A DNA stretch of 64,000 nucleotides from Rhodopseudomonas sp. (GCF_036404135.1 NZ_DASWPE010000039.1:3219-67218), one strand, 5' to 3'. Shown: positions 50,543-62,240, numbered from the stretch's first letter. Translations and numbers: made by a program. Notes: generated from the sequence alone by a model not told the origin.

Positions 50543-52162
50543 TTAAAACCGATTTGTCATGAAGAATGCGCGGTGGTCGCGCAAAATCGCCTGCGCGGCG
50601 TTGTGCCCCGGCGCGCCAGTGACACCGCCGCCGGGATGCGCGCCGGAGCCGCAGTGGTAGAGGCCTTTGACGGCGCCGCGGTAGTGGGCGTAGCCAAGCA
50701 TCGGCCGCGCCGAGAACAATTGGTTGAGCGACAGCGCGCCGTGGAAGATGTCGCCGCCGACGAGGCCGAAGTCGCGCTCCAGATCCAGCGGCGACAGCGC
50801 CTTGCGGCCGATCACGCTTTGCGCGAAGCCGGGAGCGTGGCGGTCGACGGTGGCGATCATCAGGTCGGCGACGGCGTCGCGGTGCTGGTCCCAGGACGAG
50901 CCGTCGGGCAGCGTCGGGGCGACGTGCTGGCAGAACAGGCTGGCGACATGCTGGCCGGGCGGTGCCAGCGAATCGTCGAGCGTCGAGGGGATCAGCATCT
51001 CCACCACCGGCTCGCGGCTCCAGCCGTGCTCGCGGGCGTCGTGCCAGGCGCGATCCATGTAGCCCAGGCTCGGCGCGATGATGATGCCGGCGCTGAGGTG
51101 GTCGCCGCCGCCCGGCAGCACGCTGAATGACGGTAATTCGCTCAGCGCGACGTTGATCCGGAAGGTGCCGGAGCCGTTGCGCCAACGCGTCATCCGCTCG
51201 CGGAAGCCGTCCGGCTGCGCATTGGCCGGCAACAGTCTGGTGTAGAGCAGCTTCGGGTTGACGTTACTGGCGACATATTTCGCCCTGATGGCGCGGCCGT
51301 CGTCGAGCGTCACTCCGACGACGCGGTCGCGCTCGACCAGGATTTCGCGGACCCCGGCGGAGGTCTCGATCTCGGCGCCGGCGCCGCGCGCCGCGGCCGC
51401 CATCGCTTGCGTGATCGCGCCCATGCCGCCGATCGCGTGGCCCCAGATCCCCTTCTTGCCGTTCACCTCGCCGAAGGCGTGGTGCAGCATCACATAGGCT
51501 GAGCCGGCGGCGTAGGGGCTGGCGTAGTTGCCGACGATGGCGTCGAAGCCGAACAGCGCCTTCACCAGATCGCTCTCGAACCAGTCGTCCAGCATGTCGC
51601 CGGCCGAGCCGGTGAACAGGTCGAGCAACATGCGCTGCTGCGGCAGCGACAGCCCGCGCAAAATATTGGCGGTGCCGAGCGCGTTGATCGCCTCGCGGAT
51701 CGCGCCGACGCCGAAGCCCTCGACCAGATTCGGCGGCGCCCGCAGCACGAATTGCCGCAGCACGTCGGCGATGGCTTCGAGCTCGGCCATGAAGCGGCCG
51801 ATCTTGCCGGCGTCGGCCTTGCTGAGTTTCTTCACCGACCGCTCGGTGCGGCCTTCGCCGGTCAGCAGGTAGCGGCCGTGCGGCCCCGGCAAAAAATTCT
51901 GCGCCCGGCGCTCGACAATGCGCAGCCCGTGGTCGTGGAGCTTGAGGTCGGCGATGATCTTCGGATTGAGCAGGCTGACGGTATAGGCGGCGACCGAATT
52001 GCGGAAACCGGGGTGAAATTCCTCCGTCACCGCGGCGCCGCCGACCACGGCGCGGCGCTCCACCACCTTCACCCGCAAGCCGCTCATCGCGAGGTAGGCC
52101 GCGCAGGTGAGGCCGTTGTGGCCGGCCCCGATGATCAAGACGTCACAATCCGACATGGCCAT
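50543..52162 (-). CDS. Phytoene dehydrogenase-like NAD(P)/FAD-dependent oxidoreductase
   Basis: IIGAGHNGL, GGMGAI, GDIFHG and GAHPGGGVTGAPG motifs. Confidence 0.88.
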   Translation of the reverse strand: MAMSDCDVLIIGAGHNGLTCAAYLAMSGLRVKVVERRAVVGGAAVTEEFHPGFRNSVAAYTVSLLNPKIIADLKLHDHGLRIVERRAQNFLPGPHGRYLLTGEGRTERSVKKLSKADAGKIGRFMAELEAIADVLRQFVLRAPPNLVEGFGVGAIREAINALGTANILRGLSLPQQRMLLDLFTGSAGDMLDDWFESDLVKALFGFDAIVGNYASPYAAGSAYVMLHHAFGEVNGKKGIWGHAIGGMGAITQAMAAAARGAGAEIETSAGVREILVERDRVVGVTLDDGRAIRAKYVASNVNPKLLYTRLLPANAQPDGFRERMTRWRNGSGTFRINVALSELPSFSVLPGGGDHLSAGIIIAPSLGYMDRAWHDAREHGWSREPVVEMLIPSTLDDSLAPPGQHVASLFCQHVAPTLPDGSSWDQHRDAVADLMIATVDRHAPGFAQSVIGRKALSPLDLERDFGLVGGDIFHGALSLNQLFSARPMLGYAHYRGAVKGLYHCGSGAHPGGGVTGAPGHNAAQAILRDHRAFFMTNRF

Positions 52163-52358
52163 TCACAATGGTTCGGTGAAATTCAAAACGCCGTGGCGGC
52201 GTGCCACGGGCGGGCCTTTATCGAAGAGTTGAATGACCGGCACAAGCGCGCGGTGTAGGATCACATCACAGCTTCCTTCGCCTGTCTCGCCTTCTGCTCT
52301 CGCTCGTCGCTCGCGAGTCCGGCGCCGCCCGGTGCCGCCGCATCACGTTGGAGCCCCC

Positions 52359-54638
52359 ATGACGTCGTCGACGCCCGCCGCCACCTCGGAGCCGATCGCC
52401 CGGTCCCGCAACGGCTTGATCCTGATCGTCTACACCGCCGCGATCTTCACCAGCGCATTGCTGTTGTTCTCGGTGCAGCCGCTGTTCACCAAAATGGTGC
52501 TGCCGCGGCTCGGCGGCTCGCCGGCGGTGTGGTCGGTGGCGATGGTGTTCTTCCAGTCGCTGCTGCTCGGCGGCTACGCCTACGCGCATTATCTGATGCG
52601 GCTGCGTAGCCGCACCATCCCGGTGCTGGTGCATCTGTTGCTGCTGGTGGTGGCGTTTTTCGGCCTACCACTGTCGATCGCGGGGGGCTGGGGCACGCCG
52701 CCGTCGAGCGGTTACGCGTTCTGGCTGCTCGGGCTGTTCGCTGTGTCGATCGGGCTGCCGTTCTTCGCGCTAGCCGCCAACAATCCGCTGCTGCAGGCCT
52801 GGTTCGTGCGCACCGGCCATCCTGACGGCCATGACCCGTATTTTCTCTATGCCTCGTCGAATATCGGCAGCTTCCTGGCGCTGTTGTCCTATCCGCTGCT
52901 GCTGGAGCCGATGCTGTCGCTGCGCACGCAGAACCTGGTATGGACCGCCGGCTACGCGCTGCTGATCATGCTGATCCTGGGCTGCGGCTGGCTGCTGCTG
53001 CAATCGCCGAGCCAGACCCTACGCGCTGAGGCCGAGGACGTCGCCGCACCGGCGCCATCCTGGGCGCTGCGGGCGCGTTGGATCTTTCTCGCCGCGGTGC
53101 CGTCCGGGCTGCTGATCGCGGTGACCGCGCATATCTCCACCGACGTCGCCGCAGCGCCTCTGTTATGGGTGCTGCCGCTGTCGCTGTATCTGTTGACCTG
53201 GGTGCTGGTGTTCCAGTCGCGGCCGCTGTTGCCGCACAGATGGATGCTCGGGCTGCAGCCGATCGCCATCGCCGGGGTGCTGGTGCTGTTGGCCTATGGC
53301 GGCGAGCAGAATCTGCTGCTGACGCTGGGCGGCCACCAGCTCTGTTTCTTCATCATCGCGATGGCCTGCCACGGCGAATTGGCGCGCACCCGGCCGGCGG
53401 CGAGCCATCTCACCGGCTTCTACGTCGCGCTGTCGTTCGGCGGCATGCTCGGCGGGCTGTTCGCCGGGCTGTTAGCGCCCTACACGTTTTCCTGGATCGC
53501 GGAATATCCGATCCTGCTGGCGCTGGCGGCGTTGTGCCGGCCGCCGCGCGCCGAGCCGCTGCCGCATTGGAGCCGCTGGTACTGGCTGGCGCTCGCCGTG
53601 GTCGCGGTGGCGCTGCTGGCGCCGAGTCTCAAAGGCGGTGCGCTGTTCGACTGGCTGGAGACCCACCGCGTGGTGGTGATCGGCGACGTCGCGCTGCTGG
53701 CGATCTTTGCCGCGCTGGTGCTGCGCGCCAACCGCTGGAAAATCGCCGTCACGGTGGCGCTCGGGCTGGTGCTGCTGCGCGTCTATCCCTACGAGGACGG
53801 CCGGGTCGACACCGTGCGCAGCTTCTTCGGCGTCCACAAGATCGTGGTGACGGCGAACGGCCAGTATCACGTGCTGATGCACGGCACCACGATCCACGGC
53901 GCGCAGAAGATGCTGAACGACGACGGCTCGCCGGTCAGCGGGCGGCCGGAGCCGATTTCCTACTACTACAAGGACGGCGGCATCGGGCAGGGCATCAGCG
54001 CGATCCGTGCCCGCAAGGGCGGTCCGCTGCGGGTCGCGGTGATCGGGCTGGGCTCCGGCTCCTTGACCTGCGCCGCCGCCCCCGGCGAGGCCTGGAAATT
54101 CTTCGAGATCGACCAGTCGATGGTCGATACCGCGCGCGATCCGAAATACTTCACCTTCGTGAAAAGCTGCGCGCCTGACCTGCAGCCGGTGATGGGCGAC
54201 GCAAGGCTGACCTTCGCGCAGGAGCCGGACGGGGTCTATGATCTGATCATCGTCGATGCCTATTCCTCGGACGCGATCCCGATTCATCTCGCCACGCAGG
54301 AGGCGATGGCGATCTACAAGGCCAAGCTGGCGCCGCAGGGCGCAGTGCTGATGCACGTTTCCAATCGGCATCTCGAACTCGCCAGCGTAGTGGTCGGCAT
54401 CGCCGACGCCAACCATCTTAAGAGCTGGGTGTATTCGGAGGATTCCGGCCGCGACGCCGAATACATCTTCTCCACTTCGGTGGTGGTGTCGGCGCGCGAC
54501 GGCGCCGATGTCGGCGCGCTGGCGGCCTCGGATCAGTGGACGTTGACCGAGGCCGACGCCAACCAGCGGGTGTGGACCGACGATTATTCCAACGTGCTCG
54601 GCGCGGTGTGGCGCCGGTTACGCGACGGCGAGCAGTGA
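52359..54638 (+). CDS. Fused membrane domain / spermidine-synthase-like SAM-dependent transferase
   Basis: Many TM helices, then HGTTIHG, VIGLGSG, GDAR, VDAYSSD and WTDDYSN motifs. Confidence 0.85.
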   Translation: MTSSTPAATSEPIARSRNGLILIVYTAAIFTSALLLFSVQPLFTKMVLPRLGGSPAVWSVAMVFFQSLLLGGYAYAHYLMRLRSRTIPVLVHLLLLVVAFFGLPLSIAGGWGTPPSSGYAFWLLGLFAVSIGLPFFALAANNPLLQAWFVRTGHPDGHDPYFLYASSNIGSFLALLSYPLLLEPMLSLRTQNLVWTAGYALLIMLILGCGWLLLQSPSQTLRAEAEDVAAPAPSWALRARWIFLAAVPSGLLIAVTAHISTDVAAAPLLWVLPLSLYLLTWVLVFQSRPLLPHRWMLGLQPIAIAGVLVLLAYGGEQNLLLTLGGHQLCFFIIAMACHGELARTRPAASHLTGFYVALSFGGMLGGLFAGLLAPYTFSWIAEYPILLALAALCRPPRAEPLPHWSRWYWLALAVVAVALLAPSLKGGALFDWLETHRVVVIGDVALLAIFAALVLRANRWKIAVTVALGLVLLRVYPYEDGRVDTVRSFFGVHKIVVTANGQYHVLMHGTTIHGAQKMLNDDGSPVSGRPEPISYYYKDGGIGQGISAIRARKGGPLRVAVIGLGSGSLTCAAAPGEAWKFFEIDQSMVDTARDPKYFTFVKSCAPDLQPVMGDARLTFAQEPDGVYDLIIVDAYSSDAIPIHLATQEAMAIYKAKLAPQGAVLMHVSNRHLELASVVVGIADANHLKSWVYSEDSGRDAEYIFSTSVVVSARDGADVGALAASDQWTLTEADANQRVWTDDYSNVLGAVWRRLRDGEQ

Positions 54639-54671
54639 AGTGACCCGCTGCCGCCGCGCTCCGCCGCCGGC

Positions 54672-55448
54672 TCAGTCGTCATAGCCGTAATAGCTGCGCG
54701 GCGCGTAATAGGGGCGCGGCGCATAGACCTGCGGCGCGTAGACCCGGGAGCCGTAATATTGCGTTTGCGGCTGCTGCGGCGCGGCCTGCGCATCCTGATA
54801 GCGGCGATAGCCGCGCGGCGCGGGGTAGCGCGCCTGATCGGAACTGCCGTCGGCCGGGTAGATGTAGCCGTCGTCGGCAACCTGCGGCGCGATCCGCTGC
54901 GGCGCCGGCTGCGGCGCAAGCTCGACAGGGGCGCCGGCGCCGTCATAGTCCGGCGCGGGCGCGCGGCGGGCCACCGCGGTATTGGCCTTCGGCTTCGGAT
55001 TGCGCGCCAGCGCCACCTGCGCCGAGCCGGTGAGGCTCACCGTGGTGTTGAGCACGCCCTCGCTCTGCACCAGCGCGTACAGCGTCGAGGCATTGGCGCG
55101 GGACAGCCGCACGCAGCCGTGCGAGACCGGGACCCCGAGCCGGCCCTCGGAATCGGTGCCGTGGATGGCGTGGCCGACCTTGGTGAAGAAGATCGAATGC
55201 GGCATCGGCGCGTCGTCGAATTCCTTGGAGTAGTGATCCTCCTCCATGCGGAAGGCGCGGAAGCTGCCGTTCGGGGTTTCGTGCGACGGATTACCGGTCG
55301 AAACCGGCCAGCGGTAGCGCTCGACGCCGTCGACCGCGACGGTCATCTGCTGGGCGTCCTTGTCGACGGTGATCGAGACTTTGGCCTGCGCGAGGTCGCA
55401 GCCGACCAGAAACATCAGGGCGGATAACGCAACGAGATACGAACGCAT
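54672..55448 (-). CDS. L,D-transpeptidase (YkuD family)
   Basis: WPVSTG, TPNG, AIHG and SHGCVRL motifs. Confidence 0.92.
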   Translation of the reverse strand: MRSYLVALSALMFLVGCDLAQAKVSITVDKDAQQMTVAVDGVERYRWPVSTGNPSHETPNGSFRAFRMEEDHYSKEFDDAPMPHSIFFTKVGHAIHGTDSEGRLGVPVSHGCVRLSRANASTLYALVQSEGVLNTTVSLTGSAQVALARNPKPKANTAVARRAPAPDYDGAGAPVELAPQPAPQRIAPQVADDGYIYPADGSSDQARYPAPRGYRRYQDAQAAPQQPQTQYYGSRVYAPQVYAPRPYYAPRSYYGYDD

Positions 55449-55628
55449 GAGAGGTTTGGCCTCCTGGCCGTGATCCGACGTGCACGCTTCGTGCCCCTGC
55501 TATATGCACATCGGTCGCAGAAGTTTCCAGAGGCGGCTCGCTGCATCGTTAATCGCAGCACATGGCGGCAGCATGGCGTGGCGAACAATCCGCCGCAACG
55601 CGCGATCGTTCGATCGGCGGCGCCGCAT

Positions 55629-55653
55629 GGAACTTTCGTTCCAGCGCCGGGTT
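55629..55653 (+). promoter_or_regulatory. EcfG-type promoter
   Basis: GGAAC-N16-GGTT about 55 bp upstream of ATG 55709. Confidence 0.65.
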
Positions 55654-55708
55654 ACACCGGGCGCGTCCCACCGCTGGGACAGGGGACGGCAATCCAGAGG
55701 ATTCCATC

Positions 55709-56035
55709 ATGAAGACAATGATTTCGACGCTTGCGCTTCGCCCGGCCCGCTCGCCGGCGAAGCTGTTGCTGGCGAGCGCCGCGCTTGCGCTGGCGTTGCT
55801 GGCGATTCCGCACACCGTCAACGCCCAGGGCATCATCGGCGGCGCCGAGCGCGGCTCCCGCGAAGGCAACCGCGCGGCCGGTCCGATCGGTGGCGTGGTG
55901 GGCGGCGCGGTCGGTGCCGGGGTCGGCGGTGTGGTCGGCGGCGTCAACGGCGTGCTCGGCGTGCCGGATCGCGGCTATCGCGGTCATCGCTGCCGCGGCT
56001 ACTACCGCCACGGCCATTATCGCTGCTATCGCTGA
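55709..56035 (+). CDS. Secreted glycine-zipper hypothetical protein
   Basis: Signal peptide, GxxGGxxG repeats, Arg/Tyr/His tail; RBS GAGGA. Confidence 0.8.
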   Translation: MKTMISTLALRPARSPAKLLLASAALALALLAIPHTVNAQGIIGGAERGSREGNRAAGPIGGVVGGAVGAGVGGVVGGVNGVLGVPDRGYRGHRCRGYYRHGHYRCYR

Positions 56036-56057
56036 CCAACGCTTGCTGTAACGCAAG

Positions 56058-56086
56058 AGCGCGGCCGGATCGGCCGCGCTTTTTTG
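56058..56086 (+). terminator. Intrinsic terminator
   Basis: AGCGCGGCCG-gat-CGGCCGCGCT followed by T-run. Confidence 0.85.
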
Positions 56087-56105
56087 TGGGCGGCGCGGCG
56101 CGCGG

Positions 56106-56867
<762 letters not shown>

Positions 56868-56869
56868 GA

Positions 56870-57790
<921 letters not shown>

Positions 57791-58023
57791 CCAGCTCTTC
57801 GGGTCTGACGGGGCGATGATCGGCGAACGCAACAGGCCGGGCGGCGCGGCGCGCGACGGCGCGCGGGGAGGGCACAGATATGAACTGCGCTTGCGGTTTG
57901 CAATCCGGCGCCCAAGATCGCGACGCAACGCCGTATTTTCAACGGGTTAGCGCGGGGCGACGGGCCGGGCGCCGGCTCGCCCGGGCCCTGGGAACCTTGG
58001 CGGCCTCCGCGACGTTGCCACGC

Positions 58024-58524
58024 ATGGTTGAATCCCTGCCGTCCGAGCCCGCCGAGCCCGCAAGCCGCGGCGCGGGCCACCCGACGAAGCGGCTGCTGGT
58101 CGCGGCGATGGCGGCGCTGTTGATCGTCGGCGGCGCGGTGGCGTGGCGGATCACCGCGAGCCCGGTGGCCGCGCCGGTCGCCAAGCTGGCGCCGCCGCCG
58201 AAAAATCCGCAGCTCGACGAATTGATCGACAGCACCAAGGCGCTCGGCGTCTCACAGCAGGAAGCGATCGACCAGTTGCAGGAGGTGCAGGATCTGCTGC
58301 GCGCCCAGCAGGCCGAGACCAAGCGGGCCAGCGATCGGGTGGCCGCGCTAAGCGCCAAGCTCGACGCGCTGCAGCAATCCTTCGCCAGCGCGCCGCCTCC
58401 GGCTGCCGAAGCGGCCGTTGCCGAGCAGGCCGAGCCGCCGCGCGCACACGCCGGCAAGGCGCAGCGCAGCCGTGCCGCGCATCGCCCGCGCGGCAAGCGG
58501 AGCCGCGGTGCGGCGCGGCGCTGA
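58024..58524 (+). CDS. Hypothetical single-TM coiled-coil protein
   Basis: One hydrophobic segment followed by a Gln/Leu heptad-rich region. Confidence 0.65.
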   Translation: MVESLPSEPAEPASRGAGHPTKRLLVAAMAALLIVGGAVAWRITASPVAAPVAKLAPPPKNPQLDELIDSTKALGVSQQEAIDQLQEVQDLLRAQQAETKRASDRVAALSAKLDALQQSFASAPPPAAEAAVAEQAEPPRAHAGKAQRSRAAHRPRGKRSRGAARR

Positions 58525-58557
58525 TCGGGTTTAACAACTGTGGTCCGAAACTCCCGC

Positions 58558-58836
58558 TCAGTCCGCGACCGGCCACTCGATCTCGACCAGCGTGGCGCCG
58601 TCGGCGAGTGCCACGAAACCGGGATCGCGCTGCAGCTCCTCGAAACTGCGCGGCGCTTTCAAGCCGATCGTGCCGTCCGGGTTGCTCGACTCTTCGCCGG
58701 CGGCCTCCAGCGCCTCGATGGCTTCCTCGAGCGCTTCGTCGTAGCTGTCGCCGGCGGTGACCAGGCCCGGCAGGTCGGGGAACGAGACGTCAAAATGGCC
58801 GGCGCGGTCGCGGATCACGGCGATGTAGAGCGGCAT
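58558..58836 (-). CDS. hicB: HicB family antitoxin (second paralog)
   Basis: YIAVI...VSFPDLPGLVTAGDS.DEAL motif. Confidence 0.85.
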   Translation of the reverse strand: MPLYIAVIRDRAGHFDVSFPDLPGLVTAGDSYDEALEEAIEALEAAGEESSNPDGTIGLKAPRSFEELQRDPGFVALADGATLVEIEWPVAD

Positions 58837-58879
58837 GTCAGTTCAGCCTGTCAGCATGGTCTTGAACGATGTCGGGCCG

Positions 58880-59173
58880 CTATTCAGCAGCATGGGCCTG
58901 CGCCGGGAATGCGATAACTGCAATCATCGCGTCCCTGGCGTCCTCAATAAATTCGGGATCCTGCCTTAACTGATCGATGGTCCGCGGCGGTCGAAAGCCT
59001 GCCGAACCATCTTCATTCACCCAGTCTTCCGCAGCAAAGCTGAGCACCTCGGAGGCCTGCTGCAGGGCCTCATCCAGCGTATCTCCCGCCGTGATGACGC
59101 CGGGAATGTCAGGAAACGATACGCCATAGCAGCTGTCGGGATCCTTATGGATCAATGCAATATAGTGGGGCAT
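58880..59173 (-). CDS. hicB: HicB family antitoxin
   Basis: YIALIHKD...YGVSFPDIPG..TAGDTLDEA; TGATG overlap with hicA. Confidence 0.9.
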   Translation of the reverse strand: MPHYIALIHKDPDSCYGVSFPDIPGVITAGDTLDEALQQASEVLSFAAEDWVNEDGSAGFRPPRTIDQLRQDPEFIEDARDAMIAVIAFPAQAHAAE

Positions 59174-59367
59174 CAATCTTTGCTCCAACCTGCCTGCCGA
59201 TAAATACTTCGCACCGTCCCAAGCGCAATATCTCGTCTGGGGTGGGGGACGATCACCATTCGCTTGGAGACCCGATGTCGAAACTTATGGTGCGACCCAT
59301 TCACGCTGATCCGTTCGAATCCTTCGCGCTCCAAACGGCGGACGATGTCGCGACTGTCCCTCAACAT
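59173..59367 (-). CDS. hicA: HicA family toxin (mRNA interferase)
   Basis: 64 aa; LEREGF...GSHHKF...VPHP..D...GT..SI..QAG. Confidence 0.92.
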   Translation of the reverse strand: MLRDSRDIVRRLEREGFERISVNGSHHKFRHRVSKRMVIVPHPRRDIALGTVRSIYRQAGWSKD

Positions 59368-59428
59368 AGCGTGCCCCAGCCAGAGCCAGCATTTTATGCC
59401 GCTCCGTGATGGCCTGCTACCTATAAAC

Positions 59429-62029
59429 CTACACCCGCTCCACGAAACTATCGACCACCTTCTTTTCGCCGGCCTTGTCGAAGGCGATGGTGAGTTTGTT
59501 GCCGTCGACCCGGACCACATCGCCATAGCCGAATTTCTGGTGAAACACCCGATCCTTCAGCGCGAAGTCGGAATTGGTGCCGGTGGATTTCGCCACCAGT
59601 TCGCCCTCGATGGTGAGCGGCGCGCGCTTCTTGGCGAAATGATCAACTTCGCCGCGCGACGAGGCGAACGGCGCTTGCTCCTCGCCGAAGCCGTTGCCGC
59701 CGCTGCCGCGGTTGTTGCGCGCGCGCTGGGCCTGGGCGCGCTGCCAGCCCGGCGTGGTGTAGCTCGAGCCGAAGGATTCCATGGTGTCGAAGCGCGAGGA
59801 GCCGTAGCCGCCGGCGCCGCCCCAGCCGGAGCCGCCCTTGGATTCGGTGATCTCGACGTGATCGGCCGGCAATTCGTCAAGAAAGCGCGACGGCAGCGTC
59901 GTGTTCCAGGTGCCGTGGATCCGGCGGTTGGAGGCGAAGTACAACTTTGCGCGCTTGCGGGCGCGGGTGATGCCGACATGGGCGAGCCGGCGTTCTTCTT
60001 CGAGCCCGGCGCGGCCCTGTTCGTCGAGCGCGCGTTGATGCGGAAACAGCCCTTCCTCCCAGCCCGGCAGGAACACGTTGTCGAATTCCAGCCCCTTGGC
60101 GGAATGCAGCGTCATCACGCTGACCGCGTCCTCGTCGGCGCCGCCCTCGCGGTCCATCACCAGCGAGATGTGTTCGAGAAAGCCCTGCAGGTTCTCGAAC
60201 TCTTCCATCGAGCGGACGAGTTCCTTGAGGTTCTCGAGCCGCCCGGCGGCGTCGGCGGACCGGTCCTTTTGCCACATCTCGGTGTAGCCGCTTTCGTCGA
60301 GCACGATCTCGGCCAACTCGGTATGGGTCTTGACGTCGCGCTGCACGCGCCAGCGGTCGAAGCTCATCATCAGTTCGCGCAGGCTGCCGCGCGCCTTCGG
60401 CTTCAACTCGTCGGTATCGACCACCGCGCGCGCCGCGTCCGACAGCGAGATTTTTCGCTTGCGGGCATGGTCGTGCAATAGCTGCACGGTGGCGTCGCCG
60501 AGGCCGCGTTTCGGCACGTTGACGATGCGCTCGAAGGCGAGGTCGTCGGCCGGCGAATTGATCACCCGCAGATAGGCCAGCGCGTCGCGGATTTCGGCGC
60601 GCTCGTAGAACCGCGGGCCGCCGATCACCCGGTAGGGCAGCCCGAGCGTGACGAAGCGGTCTTCGAATTCGCGCATCTGGAACGAGGCGCGCACCAGGAT
60701 GGCGATGTCGTTGAGCTTGGCGCCGTCGCGCTGCAGCTGTTCGATCTCCTCGCCGATCGCGCGGGCTTCCTCTTCGGAATCCCACGAGCCGGTGACGGTG
60801 ACTTTTTCGCCGTCGACGTCCTCGGTGCGCAGCGTCTTGCCGAGCCGGCCTTCGTTGTGCGCGATCAGGTGCGAGGCGGCCGCGAGGATGTGGCCGGTGG
60901 AGCGATAATTGCGCTCCAGCCGGATGATCTTGGCGCCGGGGAAATCGTGGTCGAAGCGCAGGATGTTGTCGACCTCGGCGCCGCGCCAGCCATAGATCGA
61001 CTGGTCGTCGTCGCCGACGCAGCAGATGTTGCGGGTGGTCGGGGTGGCGGAGATAGCGCCAGGTGCAGACTGCTCCCTCTCCCCGCCTGCGGGGAGAGGG
61101 GTGAGGTGAGGGGGCGTCTCCGCAGCCTGAGAATCCGCGATCTGCTGGGGCGCCCCCTCACCCGGATTGCTGCGCAATCCCACCTCTCCCCGCAAGCGGG
61201 GAGAGGTGGAAGACGGCGCCTGCGCCAACAGCCGCAGCCAGAGATATTGTGCGACGTTGGTGTCTTGATATTCGTCGACCAGGATGTACTTGAAGCGGTG
61301 CTGATACTGCCGCAGCACGTCGGGGTGTTCGCGGAACAGCCGGATGTTCTCCAACAGGAGATCGCCGAAATCCGCGGCGTTGAGCACCTTCAGCCGCTCC
61401 TGATAGGCGGCGTAGAGCTTGCCGCCGCGGCCGTTGCCGAATACAGCGGCTTCGCCGGCCGGCACCTGCTGTGGCGTCAGCCCGCGGTTCTTCCAGCCGT
61501 CGATCAAGCCGGCCAGCATCCGCGCCGGCCAGCGCTTGTCGTCGATATTGTCGGCGGCGAGCAGCTGCTTCAACAGCCGGATCTGGTCGTCGGTGTCGAG
61601 CACGGTGAAGTTGGAGGTAAGCTGCACCAGTTCGGCGTGATAGCGCAGGATGCGGCCGCCGATCGAATGGAAGGTGCCGAGCCACGGCATGCCTTCGACC
61701 GCCTGGCCGAGCATCTGGCCGAGCCGCAGCTTCATCTCGCGCGCCGCCTTGTTGGTGAAGGTCACCGAGAGGATTTCGCCGGGCCGGGCGCGGCCGCTGG
61801 AGAGGATATGCGCGATCCGCGAGGTCAAGACGCGGGTCTTGCCGGTGCCGGCGCCGGCCAGCACCAGCACCGGGCCGTCCAGCGTCTGCACCGCCTCGCT
61901 CTGTTCGGGATTGAGGCCGGACAGATAGGCCGGCATCGCCTGGGCGCGGGCGCGCGCAGCGATGCCGCCCGCGGCGGGTTGATAGCCGGGCAGGTCGTTG
62001 GCGAGGAGTTTTTTGGTCGGGTCGGTCAT
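59429..62029 (-). CDS. uvrD: UvrD/PcrA ATP-dependent DNA helicase with in-frame repeat insertion
   Basis: AGAGTGKT, DEYQDTN, VGDDDQSIYGWRGA, LERNYRS and TLHSAKGLEF motifs. Confidence 0.95.
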   Translation of the reverse strand: MTDPTKKLLANDLPGYQPAAGGIAARARAQAMPAYLSGLNPEQSEAVQTLDGPVLVLAGAGTGKTRVLTSRIAHILSSGRARPGEILSVTFTNKAAREMKLRLGQMLGQAVEGMPWLGTFHSIGGRILRYHAELVQLTSNFTVLDTDDQIRLLKQLLAADNIDDKRWPARMLAGLIDGWKNRGLTPQQVPAGEAAVFGNGRGGKLYAAYQERLKVLNAADFGDLLLENIRLFREHPDVLRQYQHRFKYILVDEYQDTNVAQYLWLRLLAQAPSSTSPRLRGEVGLRSNPGEGAPQQIADSQAAETPPHLTPLPAGGEREQSAPGAISATPTTRNICCVGDDDQSIYGWRGAEVDNILRFDHDFPGAKIIRLERNYRSTGHILAAASHLIAHNEGRLGKTLRTEDVDGEKVTVTGSWDSEEEARAIGEEIEQLQRDGAKLNDIAILVRASFQMREFEDRFVTLGLPYRVIGGPRFYERAEIRDALAYLRVINSPADDLAFERIVNVPKRGLGDATVQLLHDHARKRKISLSDAARAVVDTDELKPKARGSLRELMMSFDRWRVQRDVKTHTELAEIVLDESGYTEMWQKDRSADAAGRLENLKELVRSMEEFENLQGFLEHISLVMDREGGADEDAVSVMTLHSAKGLEFDNVFLPGWEEGLFPHQRALDEQGRAGLEEERRLAHVGITRARKRAKLYFASNRRIHGTWNTTLPSRFLDELPADHVEITESKGGSGWGGAGGYGSSRFDTMESFGSSYTTPGWQRAQAQRARNNRGSGGNGFGEEQAPFASSRGEVDHFAKKRAPLTIEGELVAKSTGTNSDFALKDRVFHQKFGYGDVVRVDGNKLTIAFDKAGEKKVVDSFVERV
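61075..61208. repeat. Palindromic mini-element inside uvrD
   Basis: 27 bp (61182-61208) identical to 41365-41391; same hairpin architecture. Confidence 0.9.
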
Positions 62030-62215
62030 TGCGAATCGTCTTCCGCCCACGATGGCACCGCGGGCCGGTGCAGAGGAAGCCTCCATAGCGGGATATCCGC
62101 CATATAGGGGCTGATGATGCGGCTGCACAGCGTTGTGTTGCGATGGCGCCGCGGCGCGGCCGCGCCATCAGCGAAAACACTCGCTTTTCCGTGATTTCGT
62201 CGCCCGGTCACGGCA

Positions 62216-62240
62216 GGAACTTTTGTTCCGGCGACGGATT
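62216..62240 (+). promoter_or_regulatory. EcfG-type promoter
   Basis: GGAAC-N16-GATT upstream of the DUF1328 gene. Confidence 0.55.

Noticed and set aside
62217-62228. GAAC-N4-GTTC upstream of uvrD as an SOS box
   Set aside because: This is the Gram-positive LexA motif, not the alphaproteobacterial one; better explained as part of an EcfG-type promoter
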